From NCBI RefSeq assembly GCF_023055435.1, contig NW_025964390.1, forward strand, positions 930,001-994,000: a stretch of 64,000 nucleotides of DNA. Direction: 5' to 3'. Made by a program: the position numbers and the translations under genes. The stretch is from Haliotis rufescens (Eukaryota). Every line of letters begins with the position of its first letter. Within the stretch, counting starts at the first letter, position 1. The notes under the pieces are model-generated. The model was not told the DNA's origin. It ran no database searches and saw only the letters and a list, made by a program, of their open reading frames with translations. This document shows, piece after piece, positions 1-12,219 of the stretch.

Positions 1-396
1 AGTATAAGTTTACATAACAAATGTATAATCATGCAGTGGACTATTTTAATGAAATAATTCCCCGCGACAATCCCCTCCTGTCACTCTGAGGCTAACATTT
101 GGACCGAGATTTAAAGCAAGTCAGTATAAGACATGAGCTTGGCCCCAATACTTACACATCTGTAGACCTCTATAACACTGGTAGACTCCGGGTTGAGGAT
201 ATTACACTGGTCGTCCCGCACCGTCATGTCTAACTTCAACAGACTGCAACAAACGGACAGGATGAAGAAAATTAGGGGTTGAGGATATTACACTGGTCGT
301 CTTACACCACCATGTCTAACTGGTCTGAGGCAGGAGTCTAGTCAAATTCTGTTCAGTTTAGTAAACTCAATAAAAAAAAGTCCATATAATATTCCC

Positions 397-540
397 TGTT
401 TGTGGTGATATCATGAACTGTTTGATATCATGACCCACATGATCCGTTTGTGGTGATATCAGGAACTGTTTGATATCATGACCCGTATGAACCGTTTGTG
501 GTGATATCATGAACTGTTTGATATCATGACCTGTATGACC
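397..540. repeat. 48-bp tandem repeat, 3 copies
   Basis: gtttgtggtgatatcatgaactgtttgatatcatgaccc..atga.cc repeated three times. Confidence 0.85.
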
Positions 541-1073
541 TTATAACCTTGACCTTTAATCGTAGCGATGACCTGAGAACATTTTGGACCTTTATTTCAC
601 ACTAAGCGACATTGACCTTCAAACTTCAAAATTTGAGCCAATAAATTTATCAGCCTCCCTTTCTAGCATAGGGATTTGTGGACCTGCTGTGCCCTGAGCC
701 TCAATGGAGCATTCAGAGGCATTCTTAAGCATCATCAGTGAGTGAGTGAGTATTCCAGTTATATCACGGCATGTCAGCTTAATGTGGGAGGAAAGCCCAA
801 AGTGATGCAGGTCTCAGACATTTACCACTTCGGTGAAACCCACGAGCACAGGTATGGTGCTGAGAAACCTAGAAACATAATCGGGGCGAACCGGGATTCG
901 AACCCACAATCATAGGTTTCTGGCGTGCCCAAGGGACGCAACTCTGCACAGCGAATCGCGGCACCTTAGACAACTGGGCCACCTGTGCCCCCTTAAGCAT
1001 CATCAAATAATAATGAAAACTGTAATAATGTAATCATGGTAACGCTATGTTTTCCAACGCTCATTTGACTCAC

Positions 1074-4000
1074 TCGTTGCCAGCATCGATCCTTGAGGTA
1101 ATCTCCTGCTGTAGCACCTTCAGCTCATCCTGAAATACAATCAGTGTCACATCACTCATGTGGATATTTCCCCTTCTCAATCTGTGGTGGGGAGGTGAAA
1201 TTGGGTTTAATGCCGCGTTCAAGATTATAGCACTTATATAGCGATATGTGTGTGTGGGGGGCTTCTTGTACTAGTCCGGACTGATGCTGATTTATAGTGC
1301 TACCTCCCTGAGATACCATCCTGCAGATTCCCATGAATACGTGACATAGTCCTAGTATACTGACTCTGAGCAGACCAGTCCTTGTTTTAGCCCTTTAATG
1401 CCGAGTGCAGGGTAACAACACAAAACATCTTTTAACGTCTGTTTGTATTGACGAGGCCGGGGATTGAACCCCGGACCTTCTGATCTCAGACAGACGCTCT
1501 ACCACTAGAGGAGGTCCTCAGTCTGTGGAACCCCAGCATGCTAAGAATAGGAAATGATCATAATAACTGGTTGAGCATTACTTGGTGTTCAAGATTTTGT
1601 CTCGTAACAAGGGCAGTAAGATACCAACAGCAGAATTGTTATTTCTAAATCAAAAGCTGGAAGTGTTTGGGAATTAATAGACATGACAGAAATGAAGAGT
1701 GAGTGAGTGAGGGAGGGAAGTTGTGTTTAACGCCGATTTTAACAGTATTCCAGTTATCACAGCTTGGTAGGACAGCCTGAAGTGATGCAGGTCTCAGATG
1801 TTTACAACTCTGGTTAAACCCACGAGCACTGGTATGGCGCTGAGACACAACAAGACAATACAAACAGAATCAGGGCAAACCAGGATTTGAACCCACAATC
1901 ATAGGTCTCCAACATAACCAAGGGAGACAACCTCGCACAGAGAATTGCGGCACCTAGACGACTGGGCCATCCCTGCCCCAAGACATGAAAGAAAACTTCT
2001 CAATGTCACTAAATGTAACGCATGAAACATATCACTTCAGATATATTATTGAATGTAACCATGGTAACCACATCACTCACATTTGTAAGTTTTCGGGATA
2101 GGATTTTTCTCCTCCAGGAGATCAGTTCCAACATCATGTCTTTGATCTTGTCGAAGTCCTTCCTGCTCTTGTTCTGCAACACCATCACAGGGGGGAGATG
2201 AGGGGACCGATACTTTACAAGTGTTCGGCTGGTAAGTCGCCTTACAGAAGTATTTGAAATACCACTTGCTATAACCTATGCTTCGTGTTTATTTCATTAG
2301 AGATATGATATTATTTCAGTTATGAAATATTCCTGTCTCTATCATGCAAACATAAGTGAGGTGAAGTGATACATCGGTTCACCATGAGTTTTCATGCGCC
2401 AATACGATACACGATACATTTTTTCTGCATTGATACAAGATGATACACTTGCTAAAATACATTAGTGCTGCGACAAACATGTGTCTACAGCTAGCTGTTC
2501 CTTTAGAACCTGCTCTGAAATATTTATAGTCAAGACATTTCCATGTGATTTGACATAAATATGCATATCGCGATACATATTGTATCGTGACCTTTGTATC
2601 ATGAACTTGCTGTATCGTTGCACATCTAGCATTTCTGTTATATTTCGTCACGTCAGCATCCATGGGGCATGAGTAAGGATGCCTACAGGGCTGATACTGA
2701 TTGAGACCATTAATGATGCATTCAAAATGTCATACAGTTGTTTCCGAGAAATTGGCAGTACTGTGCACCATGTCTAAAAGTGAGTGAGTGAGTGAGTATG
2801 GTTTTACGCCGCTTTAAGCAATATTCCAGCAATATCGTAGCGGGGGACACCAGAAATGGGCTTCACACATTGTACCCATGTTGGGAATCGAACCCGGGTT
2901 TTCGGCGTGACGAGCGGATGCTTTAACCACTAGGCTACCCGACCCCCCCCCCCCCCCCCCCCCACATGTCTAAAAGGCCAAACAAGGGCCTTAACACTGT
3001 AAAACATTCATTTTCGATGATAATTTTCAAATTAGATCAACATAATTATGCAGCTCTAATGACGTATGCAAAATGGCATCCGTGTATCCATACTGGTTTC
3101 CTAGAAAATCTGTAACATTTGGGATACAGTGCACCAAGTCCAAAAACGCAAGGCAAGGGCCATAACTCTGTAAAATATTAGTTAATGATGAATTGTTTCG
3201 AACGTGATCAACATATATAGCTCTAATGATGTACGCAAAATATTATATGTGTATCCATACTGGTTTCTGAGAAAACTTGTCCAAATCATCGTCCTGTGCA
3301 CTACGTACGAATGATCAAACAAGGACCATAACTCTGTAAAATCTGTTAAATATTAATTCCCAATGATGTGTGAATGCCATTGACATTTGACATTGAATAC
3401 TGTTCTCATGCATCTTTAATCATTGAAAAATGTTCTGTATTATCATGAACCTGAATTAAACTTTAAGTTTTGACAATCTGGTTTCTAGTGAAATAATTTT
3501 TTGTTGTTTAACACTTCACTCAGCAATATTCCAGCTATGTGACAGCAGTCTGTATATCATCAAGTCTGACCAGACAATCCAGTGGTTGACACCATGAGCA
3601 TCAATCCATGCATTTGGGATACGATGACATGCATCAACCAAGTCAATGAGAGTGACCACCCAAACCAATTAGTGTCCTCTTACGACAAGGTCTTCAGCAA
3701 CCCATGCTTGCCGTAAAAGCATGTCGTACAAGGTGACTAACAGGATCGGGTGGTCAGGCTCGCTGACTTGGTTGATGCATTTCATCAATCCCAATTGGGT
3801 GGATCAATGCTCATGATGTCAATCACTGGATTGTCTAGGCCAGGCTTGATTATTTACAGACCACCGTCATATAGCTGAAATATTGCTGAGTGCGGGGATA
3901 ATCAACAAACAAACAAACAAACAAATCTTACGACAAGCATTAGTTCCCGAAAACCTATTCTATCTAGTGACATTAAGTGAGTGAGTTGGGTTTAACGCTG

Positions 4001-7000
4001 TTATTAACATTATTCCAGTTATATCACGGCGTGTCAGCTTAATGTGGGAGGAAAGCCCAAAGTGATGCAGGTCTCAGACGTTTATCACTTCGGTGAAACC
4101 CACGAGCATGGGTATGGTGCTGACAAACCTAGAAACATAATAGGGGCGAACCGGGATTCGAACCCACAATCACAGGTTTCTGGCGTGCCCAAGGGACGCA
4201 ACTCTGCACAGCGAATCGCGGCGCCTTAGACAACTGGGCCACCCGCGCCCCCAGGGACATTAAGCCTCATGGGAGGTCAGTGTGACATACCCAAGGTACC
4301 ATGCATATTGAACTTAACTTTTGTCAAAATCGAATCACATGTACTTGGGAAACTGTACACAATCCTTTTTTGAAGTCTATTCCACACCAAGTGACAATGC
4401 CCTTCAAGCCTTGCGAATCATTCAGAAACACAATCCTGCAGACTTATCATCATGATCACAGTTGAGGTGAAACAAATATGAACTTAAATAAAACATTCCT
4501 GAAATTTGAGCCACGTTTTTTTATGTGACCTCTAGTGACATTGACCTTGCAGACATTTTCAGGTCTTGAGTAGTGGATGTGCAGGCACTAATCATTTGAA
4601 ACCTCTGATTGATGTGCAGACACTTTACATTTGAAACCTCTGGCTAACAGTAACACTGTCTCTTAAAACTGAAATTCCCTGGGATCAAACACCCAATAAC
4701 AGGAAGCAGATCAGAAAGCATGTAATGTTTATCTCCTACTGACCACGTAGAGCTGTTTCCATATGCCATGCCATTCCCTCAGCACCGTGGTCAGCTCATG
4801 TACAATCTGGGGCTCCACCGGTGTGATCATCTCGTTAGACCTGCATGTAACACACATCACATCATTCAACACAACATGTACAATCTGGGGCTACACATGA
4901 TTATCTCGTTCGACCTGCATATAACACACATCACATCATAACATGTACAATCTGGGCTCCACCGGCGTGATCATCTCGTTCGACCTGCATATTACACACT
5001 CCACATCATTCATCAACACAACATGTACAATCTGGGACTCCATCGGTGTGATCATCTCATTCGACCTGCATATTACACACATCACATCATGTCAATAGTA
5101 CCCACCCAGCCATGTCAACAGTACCAACCCAGTCATGTCAATAGTACCTACCCAACCATGTCAATAGTACCTACCCAACCATGTCAATAGTACCCACCCA
5201 GCCATGTCAATAGTACCCACCCAGCCATGTCAATAGTACCTACCCAGCCATGTCATAGTACCTACCCAGCCATGTCAATAGTACCTGACCATGCTGACCA
5301 GCCATGTCAATAGTACCCACCCAGCCATGTCAATAGTACCCACCCAGCCATGTCAATAGTACCCACCCAGCCATGCCAATAGTACCTACCCAGCCATGTC
5401 ATAGTACCTACCCAGCCATGTCAATAGTACCTACCCAGCCATGTCAATAGTACCTACCCAGCCATGTCAATAGTACCTACCCAGCCATGTCATAGTACCT
5501 ACCCAGCCATGTCAATAGTACCTACCCAGCCATGTCATAGTACCTACCCAGCCATGTCAATAGTACCTACCCAGCCATGTCAATAGTACCCACCCAACCA
5601 TGTCAATAGTACCTACCCAACCATGTCAATAGTACCTACCCAGCCATGTCAATAGTAGCCTCCTTGACATGGACGAAGGACTTGGGGAACACACCCACCT
5701 CCGACCGGTCCCTGATGAGGAAGCCATGGTACCAATCTGTAACAGATGATCATATGTGGGTGATAATAATTTACCGTATTCGACATAATAAGCGTCCCGC
5801 CCTAATAAGCGCCAACAGCGATATTTGCTAATATATTGGCAAGTGAACAATCCCCATTAGCACCCCTTCCGATTGATCAATGTACACAAGACTTATGTAT
5901 TTGTGTATAATACGCACTCGTGTGTTATATGCACCGTTAATTATGGGCAAGTAAATTCTGGAAAATAAATGTGTCGTATATAAACAGTTCAGGCTGTCAG
6001 CATAATCCACGAAATTTATTTTTCAACTCTGTTTTTTTCCACCAAAATAATATTCTTATAAGAGCCCCCTATTTCTAATTTTGAGAGCGCCCTGGGCGCT
6101 TATAACATCGAATACGGTAATAGTTCACATGATCAAAGTCTTCTAATTTGAATTATCTGAGAAATAACTTCACAAATATATATTCAGAATCTCACCCTTT
6201 GTGTCTTTTGATATGAAATATATCCACAATCGCTGAAAATTATTTTAAAAATCCTCAGTCTTTAACTTTTATCAAATCATGTTGGTAATTTTTTTGTCAA
6301 TGAATCTCAAGTGAGATTTTCTGTATCGTAACATATATTTTCTGCCTGTTTAACCTACCATCTGATTCCTGCACGATATGGACTGTGTCCCCAATGTCCA
6401 ATTTCAAGCGATGTGGCGTTTCATCTCTAAAGTTGCAAATTGCTGAAACAAGGAAACAATAATATATTCTATTTCCAATTGACTCATGAACAGGTGTCAG
6501 TAAGGAAACTGGCTATGATGACAAAGATGTATTATCCTAAAAAATGTCATCTTCAATCAACAAATGATGTAATGTTATAAACAATTTCTGTTCAGTCACA
6601 ATGTTATAAGATGTATATTTATTATGTTTTCATATAGTAGAACTCATTGAAGGGGGCATCAATTACTTATCTTACATAATCAGTTGTAACAAATTCTTCC
6701 AACTAGGTAAAAGGAAAAAGAAATGGAAAAGGAAACATAATAAAAAGCGGGTTTTGTTTCGGAATACAAAGTTTGAAAAAGGGACATGGTCCTTCCTCTC
6801 TTAGATCATGATGACCTTAATCATGTTAATGAATTTTTTATCTGATAATATTGACTTCTAATCAAAATCACATTTGTTCTTAAAGAATCTTGGTTAAAAG
6901 TTAGCTGTGTGAAGCCAAAGTATAACATAATTTATAATAAACATGATTATATGTCTAATCTTGGTGACATGTGTCGCTAATTACTTCCTTAAATATCCAT

Positions 7001-7492
7001 CAGTCAACAATAATGTGAACATTGAGATAGCGGAAAATAATGACACCACACTAATGTTTTGTATAAAAATGTCTGTCAGTTGATGTATAAAATATGATGT
7101 TATAATCAAATGATGTACCAATTTTGTCACACTGGCAGCCAAAGTAACCCTTATTTACACATCGATCTCTCAAAAGTAATGTATCCTTAGACGTATGTAC
7201 ATGTGCCAATTGAGGGAGTAGACACTCCCAAACTGTTCTAGTAGTCGTGTTAAATAATAATTAAGACACGGAACAGACAAAACATATAAAATGTCAACCA
7301 TATAGATCATATTTCAGCCATTACATAAGTTGAAGTGTTCACTTCCGAGTAAATGTCAGATTTCATTTTTGTCACTTTTGAGATGGGCAGGTTCGCTTTC
7401 AAAATGATGGTGCATGCACAATTCAGAGGCAAATTTAAATCCTCACCAACGCCGAATTTTGACCTGCTATCGCTCATTCGCCAGATCGTCAT
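1074..7492 (-). CDS. DOCK1: Dedicator of cytokinesis (DOCK1/2/5, DOCK-A family) Rac GEF, 5' part (SH3 and following helical region); gene continues beyond the left edge
   Basis: Minus-strand exons 7492-7447, 6442-6359, 5736-5640, 4840-4744, 2173-2081 and 1129-1074. All have GT..AG boundaries and compatible phases. Translation: MTIWRMSDSRSKFGVAICNFRDETPHRLKLDIGDTVHIVQESDDWYHGFLIRDRSEVGVFPKSFVHVKEATIDMAGSNEMITPVEPQIVHELTTVLREWHGIWKQLYVNKSRKDFDKIKDMMLELISWRRKILSRKLTNDELKVLQQEITSRIDAGN. This matches the DOCK180 N-terminus (IGDTVHI, WY.G, G.FP.S..H.KE, LREW..IW.QLYV, IDxGN). The exact paralogue cannot be resolved. Confidence 0.92.
4797..5090. repeat. ~70-81-bp tandem repeat (4 copies) spanning the DOCK exon 4 splice acceptor
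   Basis: Unit catgtacaatctggggctccaccggtgtgatcatctcgttcgacctgcat..acacacatcacatca. On the minus strand, atgcag|GTC junctions start at 5065, 4984, 4914 and the real exon start 4840. Confidence 0.93.
5088..5657. repeat. 23-bp minisatellite (~24 copies) spanning the DOCK exon 3 splice donor
   Basis: Unit catgtcaatagtacctacccagc, which on the minus strand reads TACTATTGACATGGCTGG|GTAGG. The first copy is the real exon end at 5640. Confidence 0.95.
5774..6117. mobile_element. ~340-bp CCGTA-ended MITE family (other copies 16647-16943, 37373-37700, 61400-61736)
   Basis: TA-ccgtattcgac..aagcg / cgctt..tcgaatacgg-TA ends and a shared internal sequence (agagcccc..tttctaattttgagagcgc) in four copies. 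Confidence 0.85.
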
Positions 7493-7499
7493 TTTTAGA

Positions 7500-7769
7500 T
7501 AAATGCACGATCGTTCAGACGGTGACTAACACATCTTCATCCTGCTTCTATCCCGTTCATTTACCAACAGCAGCCATTCCCTGTCACGTGACCCAGTTTA
7601 TTTCCGGGTTTAGCGTGCGCAGAAAATCGATTTCCTCAAAATGCGCACGCATTGATCGTCATGGTGATGTCAACATCATGGCGGCAGCTCGAAATCATTT
7701 GTGAGATGCATTCTGCCCAAACTTTCACTCGCACGACAGCTATTTTATGATTGGAACAAACAAGTAAGT
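7500..7769. promoter_or_regulatory. Putative bidirectional promoter of DOCK and CFAP206, with a candidate non-coding CFAP206 exon 1 ending at 7763
   Basis: CpG-enriched patch just upstream of the DOCK ATG. Contains palindromic E-box GTCACGTGAC (7583-7592), TTCCGG (~7602), NRF1-like TGCGCACGCA (7642-7651) and YY1-like CATGGCGGC (~7677-7685). A strong + strand donor CAA|GTAAGT lies at 7763/7764. The CFAP206 ATG exon has an acceptor (tcttttag, 13078), so an upstream non-coding exon is required. Confidence 0.6.
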
Positions 7770-8414
7770 ATAATTGATCGAGACATATTTCTATTTTATG
7801 TCAAAGTACAACAGTACGCTCAATTTTCTTTTTTACATCTTTCAATAAAAATGTCAATATTTGATTGTACAGGCCTAGGCTATATAGTTTTTTGAAGGTT
7901 TAGCATTTATGTTATTTATAATTTTCTGTTCGTAATGGTCTTTTTTGGTTGGTTGTGATAGGTCATATATTATGATACACACAGCCACGTAATTTAACAC
8001 AACTGTGTAGATACCGTTACGTTTTCTTAGTATACCATATAGCCTACATAAGCTGGATCAATTTGACATGTGAGAGCATTTTTGACAGGTGCTCGACCGG
8101 CAATGGATACATGTATGTTAACGTTGTCCAGCTGGACATGTAGGGCCTATATGATACTCAACCCTCCCTATCGAAGTTCAGTAAGTCTTGGTTCATAATA
8201 AGATCAACCAGCCTGCATCCACCTCCAAGTGATAACTGTAGGTCAGGTTATAGAACATGATTCTCATAATTGTTACTTTATAATCTACATTTGTACCATA
8301 ATATCCTTGTAAAGGCTAACCATATTCTATAGTATAGGGAAATATGATGCTAAAACTAATCACTGGTTCTGTTGTCATCACTATATTATCAATTATCGTC
8401 ATCTCACCTGTATA

Positions 8415-9750
8415 CCGTATTCGACCCAATAAGCGCCCATGTCCCAATAAGCGCCCCCGGTTCCGGAAATTTATATAGTAATTATTTCTTTTTTAAATGA
8501 AAATTGTCCGGGAACCGAGGTTTTCCGGATATTTGAAGTCGGTATAAGCGGGGCATGACTGCATTCTGTTTATTTTAGATATTTGTGACTTACCAATATT
8601 TTGGAAAAAAAGAAATTTGAATATTATGCGCAGAAAAAAATTACACCGTACCCCTTCAGCAAAGTCAGGCAAACGAACGGGTGATGAGAAACTTTGTCAG
8701 TACAAATTCGAAATTTGAGATAAAAAATCACCAGACATGTTGATTTACCGTTTAAACTGTATTTTTTTTTTCAGCTAGGCATTGTTTTATATCCAGGGAT
8801 TAAGATTACCTTGTGTATTTTCTCGTAAACTAAGCCGGACACAGCAAACAGCTGTCCACACGTTTTCTTGGAATCTACCAATGATTCGGTCAAGACACAC
8901 CCAATGATATAACTTCACAGGATTTTAATGCAAGGATTGGCAAAAGTTGTATCTGAAACTATTTTTGTATCAGGAATAATATATTCCAATATCTTGTTGA
9001 TTTAGATGCAGCTTTTACTAAACATATTTAAAATAATAATAACCCTAAGCGAAGCAGCTGATCGCTATTGCCGGGTATTATTTTTTACATGGAACCAGTC
9101 TGACCAGTCACCGTCAAGGCTCCCGTGCACGTGATCGCGAGAATTACGTGTTGACATAGAATCATCCAACAAAAACAAATGACTTTTAACTAATCAAATT
9201 ATGGCATTTATGATATATGTATCCATTCTCTGTCAACTAAAGTTCGTTTCAAGGCGTCAATAGCGGTAATCTGACCGTGGTTGCTGTTAATAACGGTGAG
9301 TTGTGCGATCTTCCGATCGCTTCACACACGATTTCGCCAACATTAATAAAAACAATATTAAAAGGAATTTTGAATAAAACTAATGAAATAAGTTACAAAC
9401 ATAAGTCCAGATATACAAAGAACACTTTTTATAGCCAGACAGTGTAATTACATGAATAATATGCGAACTTCAGTATGGATTTGTTGACATGGTATATCCG
9501 GTGTTACCTGCTCACAGTAATGTCATTCCATGGGGGGGAAAAAACATCAAAACTCATTAATTCGTGTATAATGCGCACCCCCTTCTGCACAGCTGTGTTT
9601 TTTGGAAAAAAAGTGCGCATTATACTCAAGAAAATACGGTAAGGTTTACTGATGAATTTACGCCAATTTGACTCTGAATTGGTCCCAATAAGCGCCCACC
9701 CCTTCTGTCTTTATGTTTAGCACCCTGGGCGCTTATTGGGTCGAATACGG
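8415..9750. mobile_element. Non-autonomous TA-flanked DNA transposon (pogo/Tc1-mariner superfamily type, CCGTA ends)
   Basis: Perfect 25-bp TIR ccgtattcgacccaataagcgccca / tgggcgcttattgggtcgaatacgg with TA on both sides; no ORF. Confidence 0.85.
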
Positions 9751-9977
9751 TATGTTTATTATAATCACTGTACAATTGCATGATGTCAATCACTGGATTG
9801 TCTGGTCCAGACTCGATAATTTACAGACAGCCATCATATAGCTGGAATATTGCTGAGTGCAGCATTAAACAACAAAGAAAGAAACAAACAAGACAGTGAT
9901 GTTTATTTGCACTGATATGCAAACATAAATGAAGATATGGAAGAGAATTTATGACTGTCAACTTCTTTATTATGAGA

Positions 9978-10020
9978 AACACAATGTTTCAGAGTATATG
10001 CTTACTTCTTCATCAGGTGA
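9978..10020 (-). ncRNA. Minimal type I hammerhead-ribozyme-like motif (Penelope type), probably degenerate
   Basis: CAC-CUGAUGA-[stem II agaagua/uacucu]-GAAAC-AU-U-GUG. Catalytic boxes are at 10016-10010 and 9990-9986, with a CAC/GUG stem I. The palindromic ACGU stem III is ACAU here but intact in the other arm. Confidence 0.5.
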
Positions 10021-10210
10021 ATGAATGATATGAGGCAGAGAGCATATATATGTACATGTAAGAACAATAAAAGTAATAAGATAACAAAAGGTGGAAACTT
10101 AACAAGGGAAGTGGCCAATTGGCGCTGATAGGCGATTAGCAATAGACAATGAAAGCCAACACTTAACAGTAATTAGTGCTGATAGTATGGACAACTGGAA
10201 GCCAGGACTA

Positions 10211-12219
10211 AATTATCACTGATAGGTAAATGGCATGGACAATGGGCAAACCGGAGGCCGGGGGTAATTAGCACTGATAGGTAAATGGCATGGACAATGG
10301 GCAAACCGGAGGCCGGGGGTAATTAGCACTGATAGGTAAATGGCATGGACAATGGGCAAACCGGAGGCCGGGGATAATTAGCACTGATAGGTAAAGGAAT
10401 AGCAATGGGCAAACCGGAGGCCGGGGGTAATTAGCACTGATAGGTAAAGGAATAGCAATGGGCAAACCGGAGGCCGGGGGTAATTAGCACTGATAGGTAA
10501 AGGAATAGCAATGGGCAAACCGGAGGCCGGGGGTAATTAGCACTGACAGGTAAAGGAATAGCAATGGGCAAACCGGAGGCCGGGGGTAATTAGCACTGAT
10601 AGGTAAATGGCATGGACAATGGGCAAACCGGAGGCCGGGGGTAATTAGCACTGACAGGTAAAGGAATAGCAATGGGCAAACCGGAGGCCGGGGGTAATTA
10701 GCACTGACAGGTAAAGGAATAGCAATGGGCAAACCGGAGGCCGGGGGTAATTAGCACTGATAGGTAAAGGAATAGCAATGGGCAAACCGGAGGCCGGGGG
10801 TAATTAGCACTGATAGGTAAAGGAATAGCAATGGGCAAACCGGAGGCCGGGGGTAATTAGCACTGACAGGTAAAGGAATAGCAATGGGCAAACCGGAGGC
10901 CGGGGGTAATTAGCACTGATAGGTAAATGGCATGGACAATGGGCAAACCGGAGGCCGGGGGTAATTAGCACTGACAGGTAAAGGAATAGCAATGGGCAAA
11001 CCGGAGGCCGGGGGTAATTAGCACTGACAGGTAAAGGAATAGCAATGGGCAAACCGGAGGCCGGGGGTAATTAGCACTGATAGGTAAAGGAATAGCAATG
11101 GGCAAACCGGAGGCCGGGGGTAATTAGCACTGATAGGTAAAGGAATAGCAATGGGCAAACCGGAGGCCGGGGGTAATTAGCACTGATAGGTAAAGGAATA
11201 GCAATGGGCAAACCGGAGGCCGGGGGTAATTAGCACTGATAGGTAAAGGAATAGCAATGGGCAAACCGGAGGCCGGGGGTAATTAGCACTGATAGGTAAA
11301 GGAATAGCAATGGGCAAACCGGAGGCCGGGGGTAATTAGCACTGACAGGTAAAGGAATAGCAATGGGCAAACCGGAGGCCGGGGGTAATTAGCACTGATA
11401 GGTAAAGGAATAGCAATGGGCAAACCGGAGGCCGGGGGTAATTAGCACTGATAGGTAAAGGAATAGCAATGGGCAAACCGGAGGCCGGGGGTAATTAGCA
11501 CTGATAGGTAAAGGAATAGCAATGGGCAAACCGGAGGCCGGGGGTAATTAGCACTGATAGGTAAAGGAATAGCAATGGGCAAACCGGAGGCCGGGGGTAA
11601 TTAGCACTGATAGGTAAAGGAATAGCAATGGGCAAACCGGAGGCCGGGGGTAATTAGCACTGATAGGTAAAGGAATAGCAATGGGCAAACCGGAGGCCGG
11701 GGGTAATTAGCACTGACAGGTAAAGGAATAGCAATGGGCAAACCGGAGGCCGGGGGTAATTAGCACTGATAGGTAAAGGAATAGCAATGGGCAAACCGGA
11801 GGCCGGGGGTAATTAGCACTGATAGGTAAAGGAATAGCAATGGGCAAACCGGAGGCCGGGGGTAATTAGCACTGACAGGTAAAGGAATAGCAATGGGCAA
11901 ACCGGAGGCCGGGGGTAATTAGCACTGATAGGTAAAGGAATAGCAATGGGCAAACCGGAGGCCGGGGGTAATTAGCACTGACAGGTAAAGGAATAGCAAT
12001 GGGCAAACCGGAGGCCGGGGGTAATTAGCACTGATAGGTAAAGGAATAGCAATGGGCAAACCGGAGGCCGGGGGTAATTAGCACTGACAGGTAAAGGAAT
12101 AGCAATGGGCAAACCGGAGGCCGGGGGTAATTAGCACTGATAGGTAAAGGAATAGCAATGGGCAAACCGGAGGCCGGGGGTAATTAGCACTGACAGGTAA
12201 AGGAATAGCAATGGGCAAA
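10211..12219. repeat. GC-rich minisatellite, 53/55-bp unit, ~38 copies
   Basis: Unit gcaatgggcaaaccggaggccgggggtaattagcactgataggtaaaggaata (53 bp), with a 55-bp variant (aggtaaatggcatggacaatggg). Decayed precursor units at ~10110-10210. Confidence 0.97.

Noticed and set aside
2943-2963. 21-nt poly-C run
   Set aside because: Homopolymer at the G-rich head of a minus-strand SINE; slippage or sequencing artefact with no further support.
10268-11052. Repeated ORFs MPIAIPLP.. (and 29158-29443)
   Set aside because: By-products of minisatellite periodicity.
10211-12219. Regular repeat arrays (also 5088-5657, 25135-26015, 28416-29912, 56554-57088) as CRISPR arrays
   Set aside because: The units are head-to-tail with no unique spacers, there are no cas genes, and the context is eukaryotic and intronic.
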